From assembly GCA_963711835.1 (NCBI GenBank), contig CAVQFQ010000015.1, positions 64,001 to 128,000 on the forward strand: 64,000 bases of DNA, written 5' to 3'. Source of the DNA: an uncultured delta proteobacterium (lineage in GTDB: Bacteria > Desulfobacterota > RBG-13-43-22). Of this stretch, positions 39,017 to 49,569 are shown one piece after another. Position 1 is the stretch's first letter. Each line of letters begins with the position of its first letter. The notes beneath the pieces were generated by a model. The model was not told the DNA's origin. It did not search any database and was given only the letters and a program-made list of their open reading frames with translations. Position numbers and translations under genes: made by a program.

Positions 39017-39047
39017 ACAAAGGTCTTTTGTACGAGGTTATCCCCTC

Positions 39048-39824
39048 TTATTCTCCTTTGAAGACCGGTTTTCTTTTTTCCAGGAAAGCCGTTCGGCCTT
39101 CCTCGAAATCCCGGCTGCTGAAAGCCACGGCCTGCATGGTGGATTCCATTTCCAGAAACGAATCCAGGCCGGCCGGCCAATGGTTCAGGGCCGTCTTGAT
39201 CATGGCCAGCGATTGACCCGGCCCCTGGGAAAGACGGGTTGCCAGAGCCGAAGCCTCTTTCATAACCGCTTCAGCCGGAACCACTCGATTGACCAGACCG
39301 ATCCGTTCCGCCTCCCGGGCGCCGATCGGATCGCCGATGAACATGATTTCCTTGGCTTTAGGAAGACCAACCCGCAAGGGCAGGAGATAGAACAATCCCA
39401 GATCCGGGACTAATCCGATCTTGCTGAAGGTGACCGCGAAAGAGGCTTCTTCCGCTGCCACTAAACAGTCGCAGGCCAGGGCGATGCTGACCCCGGCACC
39501 GGCGGCCACCCCGTTGATCGCCCCGATAATCGGCTTTTCCAACTCCCGCATGGTCTTAATTAAGACATGGCCTTTCTTGAGGCGGAGCCGGGCCGCCACC
39601 GGGGTTAGCCCTTCCATGGTCCGGATATCGCCGCCGGAACAGAAGGCCTTGCCGGCGCCGGTAAGAATAACGGCCTTGACCGATTCATCGTCGCCGAGCT
39701 TTTTAAACAAGCCGGCCAGTTCCATCCGGATTTCCAGGCTCAAGGCATTTCGGATTTCCGGGAGATTCAGGGTGATTTTGGCCAGGCCGTGGTCCCGCTC
39801 CAGTAAGAGGGGGGTATTGCTCAT
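39048..39824 (-). CDS. Enoyl-CoA hydratase/isomerase (PaaG-like)
   Basis: FCSGGD, AAGAGVSIALACD and IGLVPD motifs. Confidence 0.9.
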   Translation of the reverse strand: MSNTPLLLERDHGLAKITLNLPEIRNALSLEIRMELAGLFKKLGDDESVKAVILTGAGKAFCSGGDIRTMEGLTPVAARLRLKKGHVLIKTMRELEKPIIGAINGVAAGAGVSIALACDCLVAAEEASFAVTFSKIGLVPDLGLFYLLPLRVGLPKAKEIMFIGDPIGAREAERIGLVNRVVPAEAVMKEASALATRLSQGPGQSLAMIKTALNHWPAGLDSFLEMESTMQAVAFSSRDFEEGRTAFLEKRKPVFKGE

Positions 39825-39873
39825 GAATCTCGCCCTTTCTTTTTGGGATTAAAGAGAAGCGCCTTTTTTAGCG

Positions 39874-39950
39874 TTGACAAGGACCCTTAATTAGGGGTAA
39901 ATTCTAAAATCTAATTAATAAATTAATTAAATCTTGAATAAATTGTCAAG
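39874..39950. promoter_or_regulatory. Divergent overlapping sigma70-like promoters with palindromic sites
   Basis: + strand TTGACA(39874)-N18-TAAATT; - strand TTGACA inside CTTGAATAAATTGTCAAG (39933-39950); lies between divergent operons. Confidence 0.6.
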
Positions 39951-39995
39951 TAAATATTTCATCGGATCGAAATTTAACCGATCCGGGAGGAAACC

Positions 39996-40769
39996 ATGGC
40001 CTTGGTCCATCTGGAAATCATTCAAAAAATTGGCCTGCTGACCCTTGACCATCCTCCGGCCAATGCCCTCAGCCCCGAGGTCCGGCAGGAATTTTTAACC
40101 AAACTTTCAATGCTGGCCGGAGAGGAGGCCGTCTGGACCGTGATTATCACCGGGGCCGGAGAGAAATTCTTTGCCGCCGGGGCCGATATCCCCGGCCTTT
40201 TAAAGCTGGACCGGGAAAGCGGTCTTAAACGGGTTCAAGGGGCACGTCTCTTTTACAGCGGGATTGCCTCCTTTAAAAAACCGGTCATTGCCGCCATCAA
40301 CGGCATTTGTCTGGGGGGCGGTCTGGAATTGGCCCTGGCCTGCGACCTCCGGATAGCAGCCGATCATGCCAAACTGGGGCTGCCGGAAGTCAACCTGGGT
40401 TTGATCCCCGGGGCCGGCGGTACCCAGCGCCTGCCCCGGGCCGTAGGTCCCGGCTGGGCCAATTTCCTGCTCCTGACCGGTCAAGCCATTCCGGCCCGCA
40501 AGGCCTTGGAAATTGGGTTGGTTCAGGAAGTTGTTCCCTATGAGGTTTTAAAGGAAACCGCCCTCGTTTTGGCCGAGCAGATCAACAGCAAAGGTCCCCT
40601 GGCGATCAGGGCCGCTAAAGAAGCGGCTTCCCAAACCTTCGATCATTCCCTGGAGACCGGCTTGGATCTGGAAAACCAGGCCTTTGCGGCCTTGTGCGCC
40701 ACCGAAGATAAACAGGAAGGTATTTCCGCCTTTCTGGAAAAACGAAAACCCCGATTCAGAGGAAAATGA
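39996..40769 (+). CDS. Enoyl-CoA hydratase
   Basis: FAAGAD, GGGLELA and LGLPEV motifs. Confidence 0.93.
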   Translation: MALVHLEIIQKIGLLTLDHPPANALSPEVRQEFLTKLSMLAGEEAVWTVIITGAGEKFFAAGADIPGLLKLDRESGLKRVQGARLFYSGIASFKKPVIAAINGICLGGGLELALACDLRIAADHAKLGLPEVNLGLIPGAGGTQRLPRAVGPGWANFLLLTGQAIPARKALEIGLVQEVVPYEVLKETALVLAEQINSKGPLAIRAAKEAASQTFDHSLETGLDLENQAFAALCATEDKQEGISAFLEKRKPRFRGK

Positions 40770-42040
40770 AGCCAGGCCCCCCTTCCCGGACTCGATCCTC
40801 CCGGATCTTCTTCGGCTGGGTTGTGATCGGCGGATTATTTATTACCGCCTGCTTCGGACCCATGGGGAGATATATCCTGACGGCCCTCTTCCCTTTTCTG
40901 ATGCAGGACCCGGGTTGGTCCCGGCAAACCATCGGCCTGGCTTTCACCCTCCATTTTTGGATCTATGCCTTCTTTGCCATTCTGGCCGGTAAGATGGTGG
41001 ACAGCCTCGGCGGCCGAGCCACCATTTTCCTGGGCGGTTTTTTAACCTTAGCCGGCCTGGTTCTGCTTTCCCTGGTAAAGGAAATCTGGCAATTCTACCT
41101 GGTCTTCGGGGTAATCCTGGCGGCGGCCGTTTCCATGACCCATTTCGTTCCCAACACCGCCCTGGTCAGAAAATGGTTTATCCATAAGGCCGGCCTGGCT
41201 ACCGGAGTGGTAACGGTGGGCACGGTGATCGGCTTCGCCTTCCTGCCTCCGATCATCAGCCAACTGAGCGCCCGAATGGGCTGGCGCAGCGCCTGTCTGA
41301 TCGCCGGGGGTGCCATGGGCAGCCTGATCATGGCCACGGCCTGGCTGTTAATCCGCAATAGTCCCGAATCCATGGGACTCCTGCCCGACGGAGAAAACCC
41401 CTCTCCCTCAGATGAATCCTCCGCAGACTTAGCGGGGGTTGAAGAACCCGGCCGGTTTACCACCCGTCAAACCCTGCGGGACCGGAATTTCTGGTATTAT
41501 TTTCTGGCCTATTCCATTACCGGTATCCCCATGCAGGGGATCTTAGGCCACGTAATCATCTGGGGGGTTGATCTGGGGTTTCCGGCAGCCAATTCCGGCC
41601 TTATCCTGGCCGCCCTCACCCTGCCCTCCATTCCGGTGCGCATCCTGGCCGGTTGGCTGGGAGACCGGTTAGGGAAAAAACGGGTCCTTATTCTATTCAC
41701 CCTTTACACGGTAGCGGTCTGGCTTCTGGGCTGGTTTATCATTACCGACCGCTGGTCTTTTATTGTTTTTATTCTCTTGCTGGGTTTCGGCTACAGCGCC
41801 CCTTTTTCTCTCTACACGCCTTTACTGGGTGATGTCTTCGGCCGACGGATCGTCGGGACGCTCATGGGCATCTTAACCTTGGGCCACGGTATCATCGGGG
41901 GTCTCGGCCCCACCTTATGGGGCTGGATTGCCGACCGGACCGGGTCCTATGTGCTCAATTGTCCGATCTCGGCCTTTTGCTATCTGCTGGTGGCTGTGTG
42001 TCTTTTTCTGTTTAAGGTGCCGGCGAAAAGGGAAGCCTGA
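40766..42040 (+). CDS. MFS transporter
   Basis: About 12 hydrophobic segments; GKMVDSLGGR and GWLGDRLGKK motif-A repeats. Confidence 0.9.
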   Translation: MKPGPPSRTRSSRIFFGWVVIGGLFITACFGPMGRYILTALFPFLMQDPGWSRQTIGLAFTLHFWIYAFFAILAGKMVDSLGGRATIFLGGFLTLAGLVLLSLVKEIWQFYLVFGVILAAAVSMTHFVPNTALVRKWFIHKAGLATGVVTVGTVIGFAFLPPIISQLSARMGWRSACLIAGGAMGSLIMATAWLLIRNSPESMGLLPDGENPSPSDESSADLAGVEEPGRFTTRQTLRDRNFWYYFLAYSITGIPMQGILGHVIIWGVDLGFPAANSGLILAALTLPSIPVRILAGWLGDRLGKKRVLILFTLYTVAVWLLGWFIITDRWSFIVFILLLGFGYSAPFSLYTPLLGDVFGRRIVGTLMGILTLGHGIIGGLGPTLWGWIADRTGSYVLNCPISAFCYLLVAVCLFLFKVPAKREA

Positions 42041-42192
42041 CCGATGACCGGAATAGAACGAATTCCCCTGTGGGGCAGGGGAGATTTTAGTCCGCCTGGG
42101 TCGGAGCGACTGGAAATGCTTCACCCCCGCATAATGTCACCCTATTTAAGTCGTTCGCAATAAATTAACACACGATCATTAAAGGAGGGCCT

Positions 42193-43161
42193 ATGTTTAA
42201 AACGCGATTTACCGAGCACCTGGGTGTGGAATTTCCGATTCAGTGCGGGACCATGATGAACATCAGCGATGGCCCGTTCGTGGCCGCCGGCGCCAATGCC
42301 GGCATCTTGTCCTGCCTGGCCTCGGCCATGTTTCCAACCGAAGAACTCCTGACAGCGGAGATCAAAAAGATCCGGGACCTGACCGACAAACCTTTCGGGG
42401 TCAATATCTCCCTCTTTCCCAGCCTCCTCCCCCTGCCGGTGGAGCGCACCCTGGATATCCTGGCCGACCAGGGGATTCGAATCTTGGAAACGGCCGGACG
42501 CAATCCCGGTCCCTACCGGGAGCACATCCAGGAAGGGAATTTTTATCATATCCACAAGTGCGCCCGAATCAGGGATGCTGTCAAGGCAGAAAAAGTCGGG
42601 GTGGATATGGTGGCTGTAGTCGGGACGGAATGCGGCGGCCATCCCAGCATGGAGGAAGTTACCAGCCTGATTTTGATCCCGGAGGTAGCGGATCGGATTC
42701 GCATCCCTCTCATCGCCGGAGGGGGCTTTTGTGACGGAAAGACGCTGGTAGCGGCCTTGGCCCTGGGGGCCGACGGGGTTTTGATGGGAACCCGCTTTTT
42801 ATTATCCCGGGATTGCCCGATTCATCCGGCCCTGATGGAAAAGCTGGTTCAGGCCCAGGAAACCGATACGGTCGTAATCCAGAAGTCTATCGGGAGCGCC
42901 GCAAGGGTCCTGAGAAACAAACGGGCGGAACAGGTTCTGGAGCTGGAAGGCAAAGGAACCCCCCTCGAAGAACTGATCCCTTATATCAGCGGCAAGATAA
43001 CCGCCACGGCCTGGAAAAGCGGCAGCGAGGAGGCTATTTTTGCCTGCGGTCAAGTGGTCGGAAGACTGCGGGAAACGCCGACCATTACCGATCTGGTCGG
43101 AAAAATCATGGAGGAAGCTCAAGAGGCGGCCCAAAAAATTTGGCAAATCAGAAATACCTGA
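42193..43161 (+). CDS. Nitronate monooxygenase/FabK-like flavin oxidoreductase
   Basis: KPFGVN, ECGGHP, IAGGG and GVLMGTRF motifs. Confidence 0.9.
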   Translation: MFKTRFTEHLGVEFPIQCGTMMNISDGPFVAAGANAGILSCLASAMFPTEELLTAEIKKIRDLTDKPFGVNISLFPSLLPLPVERTLDILADQGIRILETAGRNPGPYREHIQEGNFYHIHKCARIRDAVKAEKVGVDMVAVVGTECGGHPSMEEVTSLILIPEVADRIRIPLIAGGGFCDGKTLVAALALGADGVLMGTRFLLSRDCPIHPALMEKLVQAQETDTVVIQKSIGSAARVLRNKRAEQVLELEGKGTPLEELIPYISGKITATAWKSGSEEAIFACGQVVGRLRETPTITDLVGKIMEEAQEAAQKIWQIRNT

Positions 43162-43257
43162 GCCAAAAATAGGACAGAGGGGCTTCGAACTGCTTCTAGC
43201 CTAACTCTCAGGCCCTTTGAATAAATTTCTTTCTTAAATTCGAAAGGAGCATATCAA

Positions 43258-44130
43258 ATGGAAATTAACAAGGTTTTGGTCGTTGGCAGCGGGACCATGG
43301 GCATGGGTATCGCCCAGGTTTGCGCCCAAAAAGGAATTTCGGTGGTTATTTCCGATGTCTCGCAGGAAGTTCTGGATAAAGCGGTAAAAAATATCCGTTG
43401 GTCCGTCTCCAAGTTCATTGAGAAGGGTAAACTTAAGGAAGACCTGGAGACGGTTATGGCCCGAATCCAAACCTCTACCGGTTTTGAAGCGGCCTCCGAG
43501 GTCGACCTGGTCATCGAAGCCGTTTTTGAAAAAATCGAGGTCAAGCATGAGGTCTTTAAAAAAATAGATCCCCTGGTACGAGAGAAGACCCTGCTGGCTT
43601 CCAACACCTCGGCTATCCCGATCAGTGAAATTGCTGCGGCGGTCAGTCGGCCGGAAAATTTTGTCGGAATCCATTTTTTCAATCCGGTACCGATGATGGA
43701 GGCGGTGGAAATCATCAAGGGGATTTCCACCAGTGAGGCCGCCTTTCAAGCCGGCGGGGATTTTATCCGCCTCATCGGCAAGGAACCGATCATGGTCCAC
43801 CGGGATATCGCCGGTTTTATACTGAATAGGATCAATATGCTCTCCAATATGGAGGCCTATCGGCTGGTGGAGCAGGGAGTGGCCACTCCGGAAGACATCG
43901 ACAAAGGAATACGCCTGGCTTTTGGAAGAAAAATGGGACCCTTTGAAACCTCGGATCTGGTCGGTCTGGAAGTTCAGCTCATGGCCTACACCAATGTCTA
44001 TAATGAGGAGAAAGATACCCGATTCTATCCCCCTTCCATTCTAAGACAGAAGGTCCTGGCCGGCCACCTGGGCCGCAAGACGGGCAAGGGCTGGTACGAG
44101 TACAACCCGGACGGCACCCGGAAAAAATAA
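43258..44130 (+). CDS. 3-hydroxybutyryl-CoA dehydrogenase family protein
   Basis: GSGTMG.GIA, ASNTS, HFFNP and GRKTGKGWY motifs. Confidence 0.93.
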   Translation: MEINKVLVVGSGTMGMGIAQVCAQKGISVVISDVSQEVLDKAVKNIRWSVSKFIEKGKLKEDLETVMARIQTSTGFEAASEVDLVIEAVFEKIEVKHEVFKKIDPLVREKTLLASNTSAIPISEIAAAVSRPENFVGIHFFNPVPMMEAVEIIKGISTSEAAFQAGGDFIRLIGKEPIMVHRDIAGFILNRINMLSNMEAYRLVEQGVATPEDIDKGIRLAFGRKMGPFETSDLVGLEVQLMAYTNVYNEEKDTRFYPPSILRQKVLAGHLGRKTGKGWYEYNPDGTRKK

Positions 44131-44135
44131 AACCT

Positions 44136-44229
44136 CCAAGGGTTCGAGGGGTCGAGGATTCAAGGGTTCAAGTTAAAAGGGAAGAAAAACGTTTCCGAAC
44201 CCTCGGCCCCTTGAACCCTTGGACCCTCT
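44136..44229. repeat. Octamer (AGGGTTCR-like) array with an inverted partner
   Basis: CCAAGGGTTCGAGGGGTCGAGGATTCAAGGGTTCAAG ... GAACCCTCGGCCCCTTGAACCCTTGGACCCT. Confidence 0.8.
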
Positions 44230-44251
44230 TACTTTAAGAAAGGAATAATTT

Positions 44252-45025
44252 ATGGAACTAAAAAACAGCACCGCGATTATTACCGGAGGGGCATCAGGAT
44301 TGGGCGAAGCCACGGCCCGGGCCATCGTTCACGGAGGCGGGAGAGTGGCCCTGCTGGATATGGACCGGGAAAGGGGCGCACACCTGGCCGCCGAACTTGG
44401 GAAGACAGCCCTATTCTTCCAGGCCGATGTCAGCCAGGAAAAGGCCATGGATGAAGTGGTTGGGAAAATAAAGGAAGCCTTCGGCGCCTTTCAGGTTGTG
44501 GTCAACTGCGCCGGCATAGGCGGATCGGTTAAAGTTGTCGGCAAAGAAGGGGTCATGCCCCTGGAACGTTTTAACCGAACCGTCCAGATCAATCTGATCG
44601 GGACCTTCAACGTCATTCGGGCTACGGCCCCATCCCTGATGGAAAATACGCCGAATGGGGAAGGGGAAAGAGGGGTGGTTATCAATACCGCCTCTATCGC
44701 GGCTTTTGACGGGCAGGTCGGACAGGCCGCCTATTCTTCTTCGAAAGGCGGGGTAGTCTCCATGACCCTGCCCCTGGCCCGGGAATTTGCGGCCAACGGC
44801 ATCCGCATCATGACCATCCTCCCGGGAATCATGGAAACACCCATGTTGGCCAGAATGGAGGACAAAATCAAAGACCGTCTGGCCCAGCAGGTGCCTTTTC
44901 CAGCTCGTTTGGGCAGGCCCTCCGAATTCGCCTCTCTGGCCAGCCATATCATTCAGAACCCTTATCTGAATGGAGAGTTTATTCGATTGGACGGCGCCCT
45001 GCGCATGGGCTTCGGGAGAAAATAA
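44252..45025 (+). CDS. SDR-type 3-hydroxyacyl-CoA dehydrogenase (HSD10-like)
   Basis: TGGASGLG, NCAG, YSSSKGG and RLDGALRM motifs. Confidence 0.93.
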   Translation: MELKNSTAIITGGASGLGEATARAIVHGGGRVALLDMDRERGAHLAAELGKTALFFQADVSQEKAMDEVVGKIKEAFGAFQVVVNCAGIGGSVKVVGKEGVMPLERFNRTVQINLIGTFNVIRATAPSLMENTPNGEGERGVVINTASIAAFDGQVGQAAYSSSKGGVVSMTLPLAREFAANGIRIMTILPGIMETPMLARMEDKIKDRLAQQVPFPARLGRPSEFASLASHIIQNPYLNGEFIRLDGALRMGFGRK

Positions 45026-45124
45026 CAAGGGGGCTTCCCTTGGCCGAGATCCCCTGGTAGTTGAGGGTGGGGACTACGGAGGTGGCCCAGGCAATTAACC
45101 GGGAGGCGATGAAAATTATTCAGA

Positions 45125-45151
45125 CCCGAAGGACTTCGAGAGTCCTCCGGG
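45125..45151. terminator. Hairpin between convergent genes
   Basis: CCCGAAGGACT-tcgag-AGTCCTCCGGG. Confidence 0.45.
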
Positions 45152-45163
45152 CCCGCCATGGCT

Positions 45164-47686
45164 TTAGGAATTTTTTAGCAGTAACGGCAGGTAAAGATGA
45201 TAAAAATCTTTTAAAAGAATTATCCGGGACTCGCCGGGGATGCCGTTGACGAAGACGGTCAGTAAGGCGTGGCCAAACGGAAAACCGGTGACCGCCGTCG
45301 AGGTATAGGCGGTATCCGTGAAGGGATTGTTGGGATCCGGCGTAAGCCAGCGGACATGCTGGTTATCCAGGCGGTACAACTGAACCAGGGGATAGTTGGT
45401 GGCCGAATTGATTGAGTTTCCGCCGGAACCCTCGGCCAAATTGTATCCCCGGAACCCGGTCCCGGTCACCGAAAGCTGCCTTCCCGGGAATAAAGGCGAG
45501 GTGGCGCCGGTTACCGTGGGGCGCCAGGATTCAGAAAAACCAAGGCCGAGATCATAGAGTTCTGAGACCTTTGTTCCTTCCATTACAGCTACGTCACCTC
45601 CGACTACCAGCACTTTTCCGTTCGGAAGTAACGTGGAGGAGTGATGTTGCCGGCCGGTATTCAGATCGCCGGTGGCACTCCAGGTTCCTGAAGCCGGGCT
45701 ATAGATTTCGGAGTAACTCAAGTTCCCAAACCCCCCGGTCACCAGGACCGTTCCGTTTGGAAGCAGCGTGGCCCGGTGCAGGGCGCGAGGATTTAGCAGG
45801 CTGCCCGTGGCGCTCCAGGTCCCAATTCCTGTATCCGGATCGAAAATTTCAACACTCGAGGAGGGGTTGCTACCAATCCAACCTCCGGCTATCAAGACTT
45901 TGCCATTCGGCAGAAGCGAAGCCGTTTGACTGTAATGGCCCGTCGAAAGGTTCCCCGTCAAGGTGCAATTCCCGGAAGCCGGATTGAAAATCTCGGCCGT
46001 ATCCAGCGTGCTGCTGTTCCATCCCCCCGCTATCAGGACCCTGCCACTTGGCAATAACGTGGCTGTATGATAAGCCCTGGTACTATTAAGAGTGGTGGGT
46101 GCTGCCGTCCAGGTCCCCGAGGCTGGGTCATAGATTTCCAAGCTGTTCCAAAAATTACTCATGTTATTGGTTCCCCCCGCCACCAGTACTTTGCCGTTCG
46201 ACAGCAACGTGGCCGAATGACCGTAGCGAGGGGTTCCCATACTGGCAGTCGCACTCCAGGTCCCGGCTGTCGGGTCATACAGCTCGGCGCTTGACCGGAC
46301 GTCGTTAATGTAATGGAGATACCCCCCGGCTACCAAGACCTTGCCATTAGGCAGCAGGGTAGCCGTGTGTTCGGCCCGTGAGGAAATCAGGCTGCCGGTT
46401 TCACTCCAGGTGCCGTCACCCGGATCGTAAAGCTCGGCGCTGTCCATTGAAGTCCCGCCATTAGCCCCGCCCGAAACCAGGACTTTCCCATCAGGGAGTA
46501 GCGTCGCCTGGTGATAATACCTTCCATTCGACAGGCTTCCCGTGCTATTCCAGGCCCCTTCCGCATGATTTATAGATTTCGACGTCCGTCCAAACCCGAG
46601 ATCCCGTTATACCCCCCCGTGCTCAGGACCCGACCATCCGGCAGTAGGGTAGACGATGGTTGGCCGATGGGGACAGGCAGGCTGGCGGTAGAACTCCAGA
46701 GCCCGGTATCCGGGTCAAAGACCTCGGCACTGGCCAAAGGACTGAGGGGGCTGAGGCTGTTATATCCCCCCGTTACCAGGACTTTCCCGTTGGGCAGCAT
46801 GGAGGCCGAATGAAGGGCTCGGACAGCGTTCAGATTATTCGAGGTTGGCGTCCAGGTCTTGGCGACCGGGTCATACAATTCGGCGCTGTTTAAACAGCCA
46901 GTATTGGTAGTTCCCCCGGAAACCAGAACTTTGTTGTTCGGTAAAAGCGTGGCGGTATGATAGTTCCGAGCAGTAGATAGAAAGGTTGTTTCGGTCCAGG
47001 TACCGTTGGGTCCGATTGCCGGATCATAGATTTCGGCGCTGTTCAGAGAACCCCCACCGGTAAGCATGTTATAGCCACCTGTAACGAGGACCCTCCCGTC
47101 GGATAAAAGCGTGGCATTGTGTACGTAACGGGAGGTAGTCATACTGTTGCTTGTTGGGGTCCAGGTATCGGTTGCCGGATCGTAGATCTCAGCGCCGGAC
47201 AGATAGTCACTCCCGGTCCAGCCCCCAACGACCAAAACCCTGCCATTCAGCAAAAGGGTGGCGGTGTGCCCGTAACGTATATTACTCATGCTCCTTGCCG
47301 GACCCCAGGTCCCGGTGGCCGGGTCGTAGATTTCAGCTACTCTGAAGCGAGTTACTCCCATTGTACCCACCGGCTATCAGGACGTTGCCGTTAGGCATCA
47401 GCGTAGCCGTGTGAGAACCGCGTGAGCCCGACATGGCGCCTGTCGGACTCCAGGTCCCGGTGGCCGGATCATACAACTCGGCGCTGTTTAAAAAGCTGCC
47501 GTTACTCCCACCGGCGACCAGAACCTGCCCGTTAGGCAGCAGCGTAACCGTGTGTCCGCTGCGGGCCGTGGCCATAGGGTTAAGGCTCGTCCAGGAGGCC
47601 GCTTCTACTGGTGCGGCCAGTGGCGATAGGGCACTTAGCCCCAGCAGGACCAATAAAACAGTTAGAGAACGAAATGGAAATTTCAT
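45164..47686 (-). pseudogene. Secreted kelch-repeat protein (14 repeats), split by two frameshifts (~47340, ~46580)
   Basis: Signal peptide, repeated R..HTATLL.NG.VLV.GG...AE.YDP..G.W units across three ORFs, C-terminus YHLYLPLLLKNS. Confidence 0.85.
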
Positions 47687-47871
47687 AACCTTCCTCCGAT
47701 ATTAATTATTCCTAATTGAGGGCAGGTTATAAAATTGTTGTGAAGCAAGTCAAGAAGATAAATAGATCGAGGGGACATCCTATAATCTTCCTGTCAAGGC
47801 CTTTTTAAATCAGGAAAATATTGCAAAACCAGGCCGTATCCATTAACAATAAGAAAAGAAAGGAATGCCGG

Positions 47872-48711
47872 ATGGACAAATTAATCATTACCGCAGCCTT
47901 GACCGGCGCGTCTCCTACCAAGGAGCAAAATCCCCATGTCCCTTACAGCCCGGCTGAAATTGCGGCTGAGGCCCTGCGATGCTGCCGGGCCGGGGCGGCT
48001 ATCGTGCATATCCACGTCCGAGACCCGCAGAGCGGGAAACCCGCCTTTGAAAGAGCGCTTTTTGCCGAAGTGGTCGAACGCATCCGGGGGGAAACGGATC
48101 TGCTCATCAACCTGACGACCAGCGCCTTCAATCTGACCGGACCGGATGTGGGCCGCCGTCGTCTCATGCCCTTGGAGATGAAGCCCGATTTGTGTTCTCT
48201 CGATGTGGGCAGTCTTAATTTCCGGGAGGGGCGGGTCTTTGTCAATCCCCCGGACTGGGTGGAAACGGCCGCCGTCGAGATACGTAAAGCCGGAGTAAAG
48301 CCTGAACTGGAGGTCTTTGACCTGGGCCATATCCGCCAGGCCGTTGATCTGCTGAGGCAAGGCCTGCTGGATCCCCCAGCCTATTTTCAACTCTGTCTGG
48401 GTGTGCCCTGGGGTATCTATGGCGACATCGAAGGCCTCCTGGCCATGAAAAACCGGCTGCCCGAAGAAAGCCAATGGTCCGTTATGGGGGTGGGACCATT
48501 ACAACTTCCTTTGACGACCCACGCCTTGCTCCTGGGAGGACATATCCGGGTCGGTTTTGAAGACAACCTTTACCTGAGCCGCGGGCTGAAAGCCGATTCC
48601 AATGCCCGCTTTGTGGAACGGGCGGTAGCCCTGGCCGGACTTCTGGGGCGGGAAGTCGCTTCCTGCAGCGAAGCCCGGCGAATCCTCAATCTACCCGATA
48701 GGGAGAAATAA
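47872..48711 (+). CDS. BKACE/Kce (DUF849) family protein
   Basis: IITAALTG, HIHVR and RVGFEDN motifs. Confidence 0.92.
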   Translation: MDKLIITAALTGASPTKEQNPHVPYSPAEIAAEALRCCRAGAAIVHIHVRDPQSGKPAFERALFAEVVERIRGETDLLINLTTSAFNLTGPDVGRRRLMPLEMKPDLCSLDVGSLNFREGRVFVNPPDWVETAAVEIRKAGVKPELEVFDLGHIRQAVDLLRQGLLDPPAYFQLCLGVPWGIYGDIEGLLAMKNRLPEESQWSVMGVGPLQLPLTTHALLLGGHIRVGFEDNLYLSRGLKADSNARFVERAVALAGLLGREVASCSEARRILNLPDREK

Positions 48712-48739
48712 GCATACCCGGTGCCGGGATCATGAGGAG

Positions 48740-49537
48740 ATGGATATGGATTTAGGATTGAAAGACCGGGTGGCCCTGGTCTGCGGGGCCAGCAAAGGCT
48801 TGGGCCGGGCCGTGGCCGAAGGTCTGGCCCGGGAAGGGGCCGGACTGGCCATCTGCTCCCGGAGCGAGGAAAACATCCGGAAGGCCGCTTCGGAGATTTC
48901 AAACCAAAACAGCGTCGAGGTCTTAGGCTTGGCCGCGGACCTGTCGCGGGCTGAAGAGGCCGGCCAATTTTTTAAAAAAGCCCTGGACTATTTCGGTCGG
49001 ATCGATATCCTGATCACCAATGCCGGGGGCCCTCCCTCCCTGCCTTTCAGCGAGATCAGCGACGAGCAGTGGGAGAACGCTTTTCATTTGACTCTGATGA
49101 GCGCGGTTGTTTTGATCCGGGCGGTTTTGCCCGAAATGGAGCAACGGAAATTCGGCCGGATCGTCAACCTGACCTCCGTGGCCGTTAAACAACCCATCGA
49201 AGGCTTGATCCTTTCCAACACCCTGCGCTCCGGACTGGTCGGTCTGGCCAAGACCCTGTCCGCGACCTATGCTTCAGCCAACATTACCATCAATAATGTC
49301 TGTCCCGGATTCACCCTGACGGAACGAGTTAAAGAACTTTCCGAAGTGGTTGCTCAACGGAAAGGCATTGCCCCCGACCAGGTGATCCGGGAATGGGAGA
49401 CCCAGATCCCAATGGGACGGATGGGCCGGCCGGAGGAACTGGCCGATCTGGTGGTTTTTTTGGCTTCGGAAAAAGCCGGCTATATCACCGGGACCACTAT
49501 TCAGGTTGATGGGGGATACTATCGGGGATTGATGTAG
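48740..49537 (+). CDS. SDR family oxidoreductase
   Basis: GASKGLG and NAGGP motifs; LSNTLR instead of YxxxK. Confidence 0.9.
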   Translation: MDMDLGLKDRVALVCGASKGLGRAVAEGLAREGAGLAICSRSEENIRKAASEISNQNSVEVLGLAADLSRAEEAGQFFKKALDYFGRIDILITNAGGPPSLPFSEISDEQWENAFHLTLMSAVVLIRAVLPEMEQRKFGRIVNLTSVAVKQPIEGLILSNTLRSGLVGLAKTLSATYASANITINNVCPGFTLTERVKELSEVVAQRKGIAPDQVIREWETQIPMGRMGRPEELADLVVFLASEKAGYITGTTIQVDGGYYRGLM

Positions 49538-49569
49538 GGCCGGCGGACGAAATCACCGGATACAATTCG

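Noticed and set aside
42069-42130. Possible degenerate REP doublet (GTGGGGCAGG...TTTAGTCCGC...GCGACTGGAAA...CCCCGC)
   Set aside because: Single weak copy with too many mismatches to support.
47333-47345. TGA ending the first kelch ORF considered as selenocysteine or readthrough
   Set aside because: The kelch pattern resumes in a different frame, so this is an indel.
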